Origin: Akkermansia sp.
Lineage (GTDB): Bacteria; Verrucomicrobiota; Verrucomicrobiia; Verrucomicrobiales; Akkermansiaceae
Direction: 5' to 3'
Length of the DNA stretch: 64,000 bases
Assembly (NCBI GenBank): GCA_051884385.1
Contig: JBJEVN010000020.1
Span: 12,710 to 76,709, forward strand
Shown here: positions 15,546 through 29,577 of the stretch, in pieces
Layout: every line of letters begins with the position of its first letter
Position numbering within the stretch: position 1 is the stretch's first letter
The notes under the pieces: generated by a model
What the model was told of the DNA's origin: nothing
Seen by the model: only the letters and a program-made list of their open reading frames with translations
Databases searched by the model: none
Made by a program: the position numbers and the translations under genes

Positions 15546-18020
15546 TCAGCGGAGCCTTGATTCCCCGTCTGTCGACGGGCGGGGGCGCTCGAGGCGCGGA
15601 CGGCGGCGCTGCATCTCTTCGCGCATGCGGCGGATGCGCTTGCGGAGGCTTTCGAGGCGCCGGGCGTCGTAGCTCTGCAACAGCAGGTCGATTTCGGACG
15701 CGCGCAGGCTTTGGTCGGCCTCCTCGGCGGGGTGCAGGGAGACGAGCATGACGAGGCGCTCGCGCATCTCGGGCGAGAAGTCGGCGCGCGAGGTCAGCAG
15801 CGAGAGCGCGCCGAGGGTCAGGGCGTTCTCGCGCTCGGCCTGCTCGCCCTGCCCGGCGGCGCTCAGGGCGGCGGTGTAGGACTCGCGCACGCGCAGGTAC
15901 TGCATGAGGGTGTCGGTGTCGCCGGGGTGGTCGGCGAGCCAGGCGCGGGCGTAGTCTCCGGCGCGGCGCAGCTGCTCGAGCTTGTCGGGCAACTGCTGGG
16001 GGGGCGTGCGGCTGATGAGCTGCAGGTAGGCGCGGCGGCAGGCGGCGTTATCGGGCTCTTGCTCCAGCAGCGCCTGCATGAGCGTCAGCGGGCTTTCGCC
16101 GCCGGGCGCCAGCCGGCGACGCAGGGATTCGAGCTCAGGCGGCAGCGCTTCCAGCAGCTCGATACGCGCCAGCGCCACCTGAGCATCGCCCGGGTAGGCG
16201 GTGCTCAGGCGCGCGGCGAGCTCGACGGCTTGGCGGCGCAGCTCCGCCGCCTGCTTGCTCAGCAGCATCGGGCGGCGCTTCCCCTCGGGGTGGCGATGCG
16301 CGGCGCGAGGGGGGCGCTTGACATGGGGAGAGCGGCGCAGCGAGGGTTCACCCCGGGGACGGGCAAAGACGCTGCACGCCATGCGGATGAGCGCCACGCC
16401 GGTGCACTTGTCGGCTCGGGCGCCATGGGTCTGCATGGCGTGTACACTCAGGGTCTCGGCCTCGCGGCGGGCGGCTTCTCCGCCCTGCTTGTGCAGCGCG
16501 GTCACTAAGCGACTGAGGATGGGGATCTGCTCGGGGCTGTCTTCCGGCACAAGCTCAAGCGCGCGGCGGGCGTAGGCTTCGGCGGTGGCGGCGTCGTCCG
16601 TTTGCAGGGCGATGTCGGCCAGCGTGCTGCAGGCGGAGGCCATTTGCCCGCTGCTGCTGCCGCCCAAGGTGAGGATTTCCTCGTAGTAGGGCATGAGGTC
16701 TTGCAGGAGCCGCACGTCGGCTTTGGTGGCCTGCATACCGTCGTTGCTCTGCGCCACCCGGCTTTCAAAAATGCGGCGCAGGGAGGCATCGGCAATCTGC
16801 GCGCTTTTCTCCGCGCGCAGGCGCTGCTCGTTCTCCCCGGCCAGCGAGCGCCGCACGCTCACATAGCCCACGCTGATGCTCACCAGCAGCAGGGCAAGGG
16901 CGGCGGCGGCCGTGTGGCTCCACACCGCGACGGCGGGACGGCGGCGCCACCACAGGGCATAGCGGCGCAGGCAGGAAGCGGGGCGCGCCAGCACGGGCAG
17001 ACCGTCCAGATAACGCTGCAAGTCAGCCGCCATGGCGTCCATGTCGGCGTAGCGGTCGCGCGGCTCGTGGCTGACGGCTTTGTTGATGATGGCGCCCAGC
17101 TCGCCCTCGCCGCGCAGGGGTGGCAGCGGCTCGGAGCAGATGCGGTGGATGAGGGCTCCCGGTTCCGTAACCTGATAGGCGGGGGCGTGGGTGAGCAATT
17201 CGTAGAGGGTCAGACCCAGGCTGTATTGGTCGCCGGCAAAGCTGTTTTCGCCGCGGGAGAGGCGCTCGGGCGCCATGTAGCGCAGGGTGCCGTCGTGGCT
17301 TTGGGTGACGAGCGGGGCGGTCTCGCCGCTGTTGAGGACAGTGGCCAGCCCGAAGTCGCCCACATGCAGCACGCCCTCGTCGTCCAGCAGCAGATTGCCG
17401 GGTTTGACGTCGCGGTGCAGCACGCCCTGCGCATGGGCAAAGGCCAGCGCCTGCGCCGCCTGCATACCCACGCGAGCCAGTGCCTGCTCGTAGGGGATGC
17501 CCGGGTAAGCTTTGCGGATGCGCCCGGGGGTGACGCCGCAGCCGTGCACGAGGCTCATGACGTAGTAGCGGTACTCGCCCTCGTGCCCGGCGCCGTAGAT
17601 TTCGACGATGTTGGTGTGGCGCAGGCGGGCGATGACGCGCGATTCGTTCTCGAAGGCCGCGCAGTGGTGCGCGTCGGCGTTCCAGGCGGGCGAGAGGATT
17701 TTGACGGCTACCTCGCGGTTGAGCGATTCCTGCACGGCGCGGAAGACGGCGCCCATGCCGCCGCAGCCGATGCGCTCGATGATGCGGTAGCCGCCAAGGG
17801 TTTCGGGGAAGGCGGTCATGTTGGCCACGCGGGGGGCGGTGGACTGCCCCAGCCCCTCGACTTCCACCAGCGCGGGCAGCAGCTCGCGCAGCTCGGCGGC
17901 GTCCTGCGGGTGGGCGGCGGCAAAGCTTTCCACGGTCGATGCCCTGCCCTGCCGCAGCTGCTCCAGGTACTCCTCAGTCAGGGCGGCAAGGCGCGCTTCG
18001 CTGTCGTCTCCGTCAGCCAT
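15546..18020 (-). CDS. transmembrane Ser/Thr protein kinase with a C-terminal helical-repeat (TPR-like) domain
   Basis: GCGGMGAVFRA...VAVKIL, HRDVKPGNLLL, DFGLA and APE motifs. TM segment AAAALALLLVSISVGYV, then about 430 aa of helical repeats. Confidence 0.9.
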   Translation of the reverse strand: MADGDDSEARLAALTEEYLEQLRQGRASTVESFAAAHPQDAAELRELLPALVEVEGLGQSTAPRVANMTAFPETLGGYRIIERIGCGGMGAVFRAVQESLNREVAVKILSPAWNADAHHCAAFENESRVIARLRHTNIVEIYGAGHEGEYRYYVMSLVHGCGVTPGRIRKAYPGIPYEQALARVGMQAAQALAFAHAQGVLHRDVKPGNLLLDDEGVLHVGDFGLATVLNSGETAPLVTQSHDGTLRYMAPERLSRGENSFAGDQYSLGLTLYELLTHAPAYQVTEPGALIHRICSEPLPPLRGEGELGAIINKAVSHEPRDRYADMDAMAADLQRYLDGLPVLARPASCLRRYALWWRRRPAVAVWSHTAAAALALLLVSISVGYVSVRRSLAGENEQRLRAEKSAQIADASLRRIFESRVAQSNDGMQATKADVRLLQDLMPYYEEILTLGGSSSGQMASACSTLADIALQTDDAATAEAYARRALELVPEDSPEQIPILSRLVTALHKQGGEAARREAETLSVHAMQTHGARADKCTGVALIRMACSVFARPRGEPSLRRSPHVKRPPRAAHRHPEGKRRPMLLSKQAAELRRQAVELAARLSTAYPGDAQVALARIELLEALPPELESLRRRLAPGGESPLTLMQALLEQEPDNAACRRAYLQLISRTPPQQLPDKLEQLRRAGDYARAWLADHPGDTDTLMQYLRVRESYTAALSAAGQGEQAERENALTLGALSLLTSRADFSPEMRERLVMLVSLHPAEEADQSLRASEIDLLLQSYDARRLESLRKRIRRMREEMQRRRPRLERPRPSTDGESRLR

Positions 18021-18023
18021 GGC

Positions 18024-18602
18024 TTACAACCACGATTCGCGGAGCACGAGCTCCTGAAAACGCTTGAGGGCGCGCACATAGCGGATGCTAGCGGCCTTGG
18101 CTTCGATGCCGAGCACAGCGGCGCACTCGCTGTTGCTCAGGGCTTCAAAGTGGCGCAGTTCCAGAATTTCGCGGTCGCGCTCCGAGAGCTCGCCAAGCAG
18201 TCGCCGCGTCATGGCACGGCGTTCCAATTTTTCCAGATGGGTACGGGGGCTGGAGATGGTGTCGGCAAACTGTGCCCAGGCCTCCATGGTGTTATCTCCC
18301 CCGGTAGGGCTGCTCTCGCGTAGGGCGTCGCGCTTGCCTGCACCGAGGTGGTGCCGCTCGGCATCGGTGAGGGTTTGCAGCGCGATGCGGCGCAGCTTGG
18401 CGTAGAGCGGCACCTCGGGCTCCGCGCGCAGAAAGGCCGTGCGCCGCCCGCAGGCCAAGTAGGTCTCCTGCAGCAAATCCTCGGGGCTGAGCCGCCGCTG
18501 CAACACGGCAGGCATGCGCAACGCCAGCAGCCGCAGCAGGCGCTCGCGATGCTCCTGCCACACGCCGACCAGCCACAGATGCTCTTCGTTGGGCTGCTCC
18601 AT
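18024..18602 (-). CDS. ECF-type RNA polymerase sigma factor
   Basis: Region 2 (PEDLLQETYL) and region 4 (LSERDREILELRHFEALSNSECAAVLGIEAKAASIRYVRALKRF). Its stop is 3 nt from the kinase ATG. Confidence 0.85.
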   Translation of the reverse strand: MEQPNEEHLWLVGVWQEHRERLLRLLALRMPAVLQRRLSPEDLLQETYLACGRRTAFLRAEPEVPLYAKLRRIALQTLTDAERHHLGAGKRDALRESSPTGGDNTMEAWAQFADTISSPRTHLEKLERRAMTRRLLGELSERDREILELRHFEALSNSECAAVLGIEAKAASIRYVRALKRFQELVLRESWL

Positions 18603-18656
18603 GAATTGATTTCTCCCGCAAAAGAGAACGCAAGGTCGCGCGCACGATCTACAGTC

Positions 18657-19670
18657 TCAGTCCGTCACCGTCTCTTCGCGCAGGTCTCGGCTCATGAGCT
18701 CGCGCAGGGCGACGGAGGCTGCTTTGCCCTTGTAGATGATGTCGTACATAGCGTCCGTCAGCGGGGTGCGCACGCCCAGTTTGCGCGCCATCTGGTAGGT
18801 GGAGAGGGTGTTGGGGATGCCCTCCACCACCTGACCAATGCGCTGTTGGCACTCCATAGCCGGCACGCCCTTGGCGATGAGCCGCCCGGCGGTCAGGTTG
18901 CGGCTGTGCTCGGAATAGCAGGTGACGACCAAATCGCCCATGCCGGAGAGCCCCATGAAGGTTTCCATGCGCCCGCCGCGCGCCAGCCCCATGCGGGTCA
19001 TCTCCGCCAGCGCTCGGGTGGCGAGGGCGGCGCGGGCGTTGTCGCCCAGCCCCAGCCCGGCGCAGATACCGCCCGCCAGCGCGTAAACGTTCTTGATGGC
19101 GCCGCCCATCTGCATGCCTACCACATCTGTCGTGGTGTAGATGCGCAGAAAGTCCGTGCTCAGCCGACGCTGCACGGCATTGGCGTACTCAATGTTCTCG
19201 AAACCGATGAGGGTGAGGCTCGGCAGCCCCAGCACGATGTCCTCCGCATGATTGGGACCGGAGAGGGCGCCCACAGGGCGCTCCACACAGGAGCAGAGGA
19301 TTTCACTCATGAGCAGGTTGCTGTCTTTCTCAATGCCCTTGGAGCAGGTGATGACCAAGGCATCGGGCGCCAGACCCACAGTGGCCAGGTTCGTCGCCAC
19401 ACTGCGCATGACCACGCTGGGCACGACCACGAGCACCAGGTCGGCTCCGGCCACGGCGCCCCAATCGCTCGTGACGCAGACCTGCGGCGGCAGCTTGCGC
19501 GCGCCCGGCACGGGCGTCAGGCTCAGGCGGGACTCGCGGATAGCGGCGGCTTCTTTTTCCAAATAGGTCCAAAGGACGACCTCCCCGCCGCTGCAGGCGG
19601 CGGTGAGCGCCAGCGCGGTGCCCCAGGCGCCCGCGCCGATCACGGCAACTTTGTGAAAACGGTGTTCCAT
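18657..19670 (-). CDS. gpsA: NAD(P)H-dependent glycerol-3-phosphate dehydrogenase
   Basis: KVAVIGAGAWGTALAL plus conserved internal motifs. Start set at MEHRFHK, 2 nt after the plsY stop. Confidence 0.9.
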   Translation of the reverse strand: MEHRFHKVAVIGAGAWGTALALTAACSGGEVVLWTYLEKEAAAIRESRLSLTPVPGARKLPPQVCVTSDWGAVAGADLVLVVVPSVVMRSVATNLATVGLAPDALVITCSKGIEKDSNLLMSEILCSCVERPVGALSGPNHAEDIVLGLPSLTLIGFENIEYANAVQRRLSTDFLRIYTTTDVVGMQMGGAIKNVYALAGGICAGLGLGDNARAALATRALAEMTRMGLARGGRMETFMGLSGMGDLVVTCYSEHSRNLTAGRLIAKGVPAMECQQRIGQVVEGIPNTLSTYQMARKLGVRTPLTDAMYDIIYKGKAASVALRELMSRDLREETVTD

Positions 19671-19672
19671 AA

Positions 19673-20317
19673 TCAATTTTTCTTGCTGAAAGCTTTGGGT
19701 TCGGTGCCTTGGCAAAGGCGCAGCACATTGCTGCGGTGTTTGACAATCACGAGCAGGCAGAGAAGCGAAATCACGGCAATCACCGGCACATCAGCTGCCG
19801 ACACGCAGCCATCTCCCGCAAACTCCCACAGCACGGCTGCGACCGCTGCCACCCCCGCCAGCATGCTGGAGAGCGAGACATAGCGCGTCAGCACCATGCA
19901 TAGCACCCAGGTACCCAGCGCCACCCCGCCGACAAAGCCCGAGAGCGCGAGTAACACCCCCGCGCTGGTAGCGACCCCTTTCCCGCCGCGAAAATGCAGA
20001 AAACAGGTATAGGTGTGCCCCAGCACGGCCGCCCCCATCACCCCGAGCAGCCAGCCCATCTGCGCCGCATCCATCGCAGTGGCATCGCCGCCCAGGTGCT
20101 GTTTCATGAGCAGGACGGGGAGGAAGCCCTTGAGAAAATCGCAGAGGAACACGGGGATGCCCCAGCGCTTACCCAGCACGCGCACGGCATTGGTGGCGCC
20201 GATGTTGTGCGAGCCGTGCTCACGCAGGTCTATGCCGTTGAGTTTCCCGGCCAGGTAGCCGAAGGGAATGGCTCCGCAGAGGTAAGCCAAGAGAATCGAA
20301 AGGATATTTCCCGCCAT
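19673..20317 (-). CDS. plsY: glycerol-3-phosphate acyltransferase PlsY
   Basis: YLCGAIPFGYLAGKLNGIDLREHGSHNIGATNAVRVLG is the canonical PlsY N-terminus. Confidence 0.9.
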   Translation of the reverse strand: MAGNILSILLAYLCGAIPFGYLAGKLNGIDLREHGSHNIGATNAVRVLGKRWGIPVFLCDFLKGFLPVLLMKQHLGGDATAMDAAQMGWLLGVMGAAVLGHTYTCFLHFRGGKGVATSAGVLLALSGFVGGVALGTWVLCMVLTRYVSLSSMLAGVAAVAAVLWEFAGDGCVSAADVPVIAVISLLCLLVIVKHRSNVLRLCQGTEPKAFSKKN

Positions 20318-20325
20318 GCGGGGCT

Positions 20326-20354
20326 ATTATACGCGCCGCCCCCGGCGATTGCAA
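20326..20354 (-). promoter_or_regulatory. promoter: TTGCAA, 17 nt, TATAAT, then 8 nt to the plsY ATG
   Basis: Minus-strand -35 at 20354-20349 and a consensus -10 at 20331-20326. Confidence 0.55.
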
Positions 20355-20405
20355 CCGATTTTTAGAGCAGGCTTCATGCAAATGCACCAACACTGCGGCA
20401 AATGG

Positions 20406-20440
20406 TAAAACGCCCGCCCTGCGCGGGCGGCAGGGCGGGC
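20406..20440 (-). terminator. rho-independent terminator downstream of the GH2 gene
   Basis: 12-bp stem CGCCCGCCCTGC (20410-20421) with GCAGGGCGGGCG (20429-20440), followed on the minus strand by TTTT (plus-strand A4 at 20406-20409). Confidence 0.55.
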
Positions 20441-20461
20441 GGAACAGGGAGGAGCAGGCAC

Positions 20462-24924
<4,463 letters not shown>

Positions 24925-24965
24925 GCAAAAAGTCCTATATCTGTGTCGCAATTTATTTTTTTCAC

Positions 24966-24994
24966 TTGCTTAACTAGTACGGCTGTGATAACGT
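24966..24994 (+). promoter_or_regulatory. promoter: TTGCTT, 17 nt, TAACGT, then 9 nt to ATG at 25004
   Basis: -35 at 24966-24971 and -10 at 24989-24994. Confidence 0.35.
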
Positions 24995-25003
24995 ACCCAA
25001 CGC

Positions 25004-26413
25004 ATGTTCCGCAACAGCAAAAATCACTTCATCACGCCCCTATCCATGCTCGATTTGGGGCTGGTTTTGACTTTTGCTTTGTATTCCCCCCATCTGACGA
25101 ATCTTATTGCGCCATACTGCGGCTGGGACTGCGAGGCCACGCCGGATATTCTGCGCAGGAGTCCCTTTCTCTCCGGGATGGCGATTGCCTTTGTCCCGCT
25201 GGTGCTCCATGTTGTCGGCTTTTACCACTGTGCCGGGATGCAGCGCATCAGCACCGCTCTGCGCCAACTGGCACACTTCTGCGCCTACTACCTGTGCGCC
25301 GTGGCGTTTTACCAGACGATGCGCAGCCACTCCCTCCTCTTCAACCATGTGCTGTTGGTCAACATGGTGGGGATTCCCTGTGTGATTTTCCTGCGTTTTC
25401 TGCTGGTGCGCCTGCTCAAACTCTATATTCTGCGTCGCCCCGGGCATCTGCGCCAGGTGATTTTGACGGGAACGCGCGAGCAGGTGGAGAAAGGCTGGAA
25501 CAAATTACCGGATTATTGGAGAAAACACATGAATGTCGTCGGGCGCTTTTACGCCGGGCATACCAACCTGAACGAGGTTCAGCGCACCATCCAGCAAAAC
25601 GCCGTCTCTCATCTGTTCGTATTCGGGGGGCTGTCGGCCTACCTGCCCAACGAGCAGATCATCCACATGTGCGAGTTGCAGGGGATTGATATCTACCTGT
25701 GCCGCAGCGAGCACCATACCCTCGATGTCACCACGGAGGTCAACACCGTCGATGATGTGCGCATGATTGTGCTCAGTGCCGCCCCGCCCTACACATGGGG
25801 GCGTCTGATCAAGCAAGTCTGCGACCTTTTGCTGGCTCCTTTATTCATCCTCATCTCCCTGCCCTTGTGGCTTTTCGCCGCCGTCGGCATCAAACTCAGT
25901 GACCCGAAAGGCCCCATCTTTTACCGCCAACTCCGCTCAGGACTCCACGGCAAGCCCTTTTTCATGTGGAAGTTCCGTTCCATGTATAGCAATGCCGAGG
26001 AGCGCTTGGCCGAGGTCAAACAACGCTGCGGCAATGAGATGCAAGGTCCCTTGTTCAAGCTGACCAATGACCCGCGCATCTTCCCCTTCGGGCGTATTCT
26101 CCGCAGGTTGAGTATTGATGAACTTCCCCAGCTGCTCAATGTTCTGTGCGGCGACATGAGTCTGGTCGGTCCCCGCCCGATGGCCGTCTACGAAACCGCC
26201 CAAATCCCCGATATTGCCCACCGCCGCCGCATGAGCGTCAAACCGGGGCTGACCTGCTACTGGCAAATCGAGGATCGCAGCACCGCCAACGACAGCTACA
26301 CCAAGATGATTGAGAAGGATTTGCGCTACATCGACAACTGGAGCCTTTGGGTTGATTTGCGCATCCTGTTGCGCACCATCCCTGCCGTGTTGATTGGTAA
26401 GAGAGCCAAATAA
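25004..26413 (+). CDS. polyprenyl-phosphate glycosyl-1-phosphate transferase (bacterial sugar transferase, WbaP-like priming enzyme)
   Basis: N-terminal TM block and a C-terminal PIFYRQLRSGLHGKPFFMWKFRSM...DELPQLLNVLCGDMSLVGPRP motif. Confidence 0.85.
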   Translation: MFRNSKNHFITPLSMLDLGLVLTFALYSPHLTNLIAPYCGWDCEATPDILRRSPFLSGMAIAFVPLVLHVVGFYHCAGMQRISTALRQLAHFCAYYLCAVAFYQTMRSHSLLFNHVLLVNMVGIPCVIFLRFLLVRLLKLYILRRPGHLRQVILTGTREQVEKGWNKLPDYWRKHMNVVGRFYAGHTNLNEVQRTIQQNAVSHLFVFGGLSAYLPNEQIIHMCELQGIDIYLCRSEHHTLDVTTEVNTVDDVRMIVLSAAPPYTWGRLIKQVCDLLLAPLFILISLPLWLFAAVGIKLSDPKGPIFYRQLRSGLHGKPFFMWKFRSMYSNAEERLAEVKQRCGNEMQGPLFKLTNDPRIFPFGRILRRLSIDELPQLLNVLCGDMSLVGPRPMAVYETAQIPDIAHRRRMSVKPGLTCYWQIEDRSTANDSYTKMIEKDLRYIDNWSLWVDLRILLRTIPAVLIGKRAK

Positions 26414-26425
26414 TCCGCCCGTCTC

Positions 26426-26902
26426 ATGTTCCACATTGTCCTTTACCAACCGGAGATTCCGCACAACACGGGAGCAGCCGGGCGCTTGGCCGTAGCGACC
26501 GGGTCGCGCCTGCACCTCATCCGCCCGCTGGGCTTCAGCCTGGAGGAAAAACACCTGCGCCGCTGCGGGCTCGACTACTGGCAGCATGTGGATTTGCACC
26601 TGTGGGACAGCATGGAGCAGTTGGAGGCTGCCGCCGCCCCGGACGCGCACTTTTGGTATCTCTCCACCAAGGCTACCCGCAGCATTTGGGCGCCCGAACT
26701 CCCGCTGCGCGATGGGGACTACCTCGTATTCGGTCCCGAAACCCGCGGTCTGCCCGAGGCATGGATAACCGCCCACCCCGACCACTCGCTGCGCATCCCC
26801 ATGCCGGGGCAGCACGCCCGCTCCCTCAACCTGGCCACCTCCATCGCCATCGTGCTCTACGAAGGGCTGCGCCGCAGCCTCCCCTCCTCTGCTGCTCAAT
26901 GA
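26426..26902 (+). CDS. trmL: tRNA (cytidine/uridine-2'-O)-methyltransferase TrmL (SpoU family)
   Basis: IVLYQPEIPHNTGAAGRL...LVFGPETRGLPE...PMPGQHARSLNLATSIAIVLYE. Confidence 0.85.
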   Translation: MFHIVLYQPEIPHNTGAAGRLAVATGSRLHLIRPLGFSLEEKHLRRCGLDYWQHVDLHLWDSMEQLEAAAAPDAHFWYLSTKATRSIWAPELPLRDGDYLVFGPETRGLPEAWITAHPDHSLRIPMPGQHARSLNLATSIAIVLYEGLRRSLPSSAAQ

Positions 26903-27465
26903 GAAACATTGTCTACTTTGACCTGGAAACCCGGCTCTCAGCCGCCCAGGTGGGCGGTTGGCACGAAACCGCCAAGATGGGCATGTCCGTCGGTGTGACC
27001 TACTCCACCAAGGATGCTGCCTACCACATCTACACCCAGGAGCAGGTTGAGGAGCTCATCGCCGAGCTGCGCGCCGCCGAGCTGGTCGTCGGCTACAACC
27101 ACCTGGGCTTCGACTACGGCGTGCTACAAGCCTTCACGCTGTGGGACATGGCCAGCGGCACCGTCAACTGCGACATCTGCGCCGAGCTGAGCGCCAAGCT
27201 GGGGCATCGGCTCAAGCTTGATTCCGTGGCCAAGGTGACGCTGGGCGGCTGCTCCAAAACCGCCGAGGGCACCGATGCGCTGCGCTGGTGGGCCGAGTAC
27301 GAACAAAGCCGCGACCCCGAAAAACTGCTGCTGATTGCCCGCTACTGTTGCTTCGATGTCAAGGTGACGATGGAGGTGTACAAATTCGGCGCCGCCAACG
27401 GCTACGTTCTCTACGAAAACAAGAAAGGCGAGGTCGAGAAAATCCCCGTTGACTGGGAACTCTGA
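26899..27465 (+). CDS. RNase H-fold DEDD-type 3'-5' exonuclease-like protein
   Basis: VYFDLET, VGYNHLGFDYGVL and YCCFDVKVT acidic motifs. Its ATG overlaps the trmL stop (ATGA). The track ORF from 26602 is over-extended. Confidence 0.6.
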   Translation: MRNIVYFDLETRLSAAQVGGWHETAKMGMSVGVTYSTKDAAYHIYTQEQVEELIAELRAAELVVGYNHLGFDYGVLQAFTLWDMASGTVNCDICAELSAKLGHRLKLDSVAKVTLGGCSKTAEGTDALRWWAEYEQSRDPEKLLLIARYCCFDVKVTMEVYKFGAANGYVLYENKKGEVEKIPVDWEL

Positions 27466-27543
27466 GCTTGGACGCACTGGGGATTGTCGTGCGTGACGCT
27501 GATTAGGCTTCCCCCTCCCCCGAAAAAAGGTTATAAAGAGGGC

Positions 27544-29457
27544 GTGCCCATCTGTCCGCGATGCTCTGCCACCATTCACCCCGGCGCTGAAGACCAGTGC
27601 CCCGCCTGCGGCTACAGTCTTGCGCGCGCCAACGCCATCTTCGGGGAGGGCATGGTGGAGTTTACCCGCGTGGTCGATGCCGCCGGTGCCCTGACGCACC
27701 CGGAGCGGCTGGAGCTGCTTCGCGCCTTGGAGCACATGGAGCGCCTGATTCCCCCGGCGGCCCTCTGCATCTACATCACCGACGACGGGCGCGCCGCCGA
27801 GCTGCGCACCCATGCTCACTGGATTCTCAACCACGCGCGCATTCATCACCCCTCCTTCGGCAGGCGCGAGCTGCGCAAGGCCATCGAGGACGCTGAGCTG
27901 CGCGAGCGGCGCCCGGGTGAGCAACCGGCGGGCACATCGGAGCGCCCCCCTGCCCTCCCCGTGCGCCTATGGAACAGCCTGTGCAGTGCCATCCACGAGA
28001 CCCTGCACCCGCCAGCAGCCCCCGTGCGGCAGGAGTGGATGCTCATCCTCGTGGTCGATGTGCAGCTAGAAATGGCCTGCTTCTCCTGGGGGTATATGCT
28101 CGATGCCTACATCAACCCCGACAGCATCAACAGCTGCATCATCAGCGCGCGTCTGCAATTCCGCGAACGCGCCATGGTGGCCGGGCTGCGCAAGGTCATG
28201 AATGCCGCCACGCGCCAGATCGCCCGCTCAGCACACAAGACTAACCGACGCCTGCTCCTGCGGAGCACGCGCGCCCTGCTGCCTGCGGCCCTGCTGGGCA
28301 CCGCCCTGCTGGCTCCCGCCACCGCCGAGCCGGCAAGCGCCATCGACTCCCTGCGCAATGACGACACCGCCGAGGAGATTGCCGAGCCACCCGCCGAGCC
28401 TGCGCTCCCGACCGCCCCCGATGCTGCGACCGCAGTGAGCACCCCGAGCGAGCCGACCTCCTCCTCCGAGGCCAAGGATTCCCCCGACACCCCCGCTCCC
28501 TCGCAAGACAAAAGCATTCCCCGCTGGCAGCCCGAACACTACCGCCTGCTCATGGCCGGTGAACTCGACACCGGCTACACCGCGCTGCTGGCAGCTCCCC
28601 CGGCTGCCGACAAAGCCGCCGAAAAAGCGACCAAAGCAGTCAAAGGCGCCAAGCCGACCGACGCCACGACCGAGAGCGACACCCGGATTCTCGGACGCTA
28701 CTGCGATGCCTACCTGCGCCCCGCGCCCGAAGCCACCCTCATTGACCCGCAGCACCTGCTGCACTCTCCCGAAGCCGAGGACATCACCCACCTGCTGCGG
28801 CACCTGAACGATCAGGCTCGCTATCGGCTCTGCACAGCACTTGTCAAAGGCAGTCAGGTCATCCCCGGCGAGCTCTCAGCCGCCACGCTGGTCGGCTCCG
28901 TGGCTCAGCAGAGCTGCGACTACGCCGTGCTGCTGCTCTACCCTCTGGGCAACACCGCCGCCATCGACATCGGCTACCGCGACATCAAGCTCGACGATGA
29001 CACCCGCCACCAATGGCTGCAGCGCGTCCGCAGCGCCGCAGCCGAGTCCGGCGACGGTGTCGAGGGGCTAGCCGCAGCCCTGCGCACCATCAACGAGCTC
29101 ATCACTCCTCTGTCGGCGGGCTTCACCCCCTTGGCCACCGATGAGAGCCGCCGCATCCCCCGTATCGACATCCGCTTCAAACCCAAACCCGAAGAAGACC
29201 CCTCGTGGAAAGACAAGCTGCGCAAATCTTTGGAAAACTCGTGGCTGTTCACCCCGCGGGGCCTCGCCATTTCGCTGGGCATCGGCGGACCTCTTGCGCT
29301 GCTCCTCGTCTACCTGTTCTTCATCCGCCGCCGCTCCGCCACCCTCTGCACCACCACGCCCGACACACGGCTCGCCTCGCCCTACGGCGCGGGAGTCAGC
29401 CGCTATGTCCGCTATCTCGAAGGGCGCGAGGCTGAGCGCGAGAAGCAGCTCTTCTGA
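27544..29457 (+). CDS. hypothetical protein: N-terminal zinc ribbon, two TPM-like segments, Pro/Ala-rich linker, C-terminal TM helix
   Basis: CPRC...CPAC at the N-terminus. The VVDAAGALTHPERLELLRALEHMERL and LIDPQHLLHSPEAEDITHLLRHLNDQ segments resemble TPM-domain starts (weak). TM segment GGPLALLLVYLFFI. GTG 27544 lies 6 nt after TATAAA (27532-27537); the track's TTG at 27484 is less likely. Confidence 0.5.
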   Translation: MPICPRCSATIHPGAEDQCPACGYSLARANAIFGEGMVEFTRVVDAAGALTHPERLELLRALEHMERLIPPAALCIYITDDGRAAELRTHAHWILNHARIHHPSFGRRELRKAIEDAELRERRPGEQPAGTSERPPALPVRLWNSLCSAIHETLHPPAAPVRQEWMLILVVDVQLEMACFSWGYMLDAYINPDSINSCIISARLQFRERAMVAGLRKVMNAATRQIARSAHKTNRRLLLRSTRALLPAALLGTALLAPATAEPASAIDSLRNDDTAEEIAEPPAEPALPTAPDAATAVSTPSEPTSSSEAKDSPDTPAPSQDKSIPRWQPEHYRLLMAGELDTGYTALLAAPPAADKAAEKATKAVKGAKPTDATTESDTRILGRYCDAYLRPAPEATLIDPQHLLHSPEAEDITHLLRHLNDQARYRLCTALVKGSQVIPGELSAATLVGSVAQQSCDYAVLLLYPLGNTAAIDIGYRDIKLDDDTRHQWLQRVRSAAAESGDGVEGLAAALRTINELITPLSAGFTPLATDESRRIPRIDIRFKPKPEEDPSWKDKLRKSLENSWLFTPRGLAISLGIGGPLALLLVYLFFIRRRSATLCTTTPDTRLASPYGAGVSRYVRYLEGREAEREKQLF

Positions 29458-29577
29458 GTCCGGAAGCATCCGGTGGAGGGAGCACACGAATACACCCGAC
29501 AACGCCCCCGACGACATGCAGCCGCAAAAAGGACTTGCCCGGGGAGGACTGTTTGTGCTAGGCTGTGCGCCGTTCCC

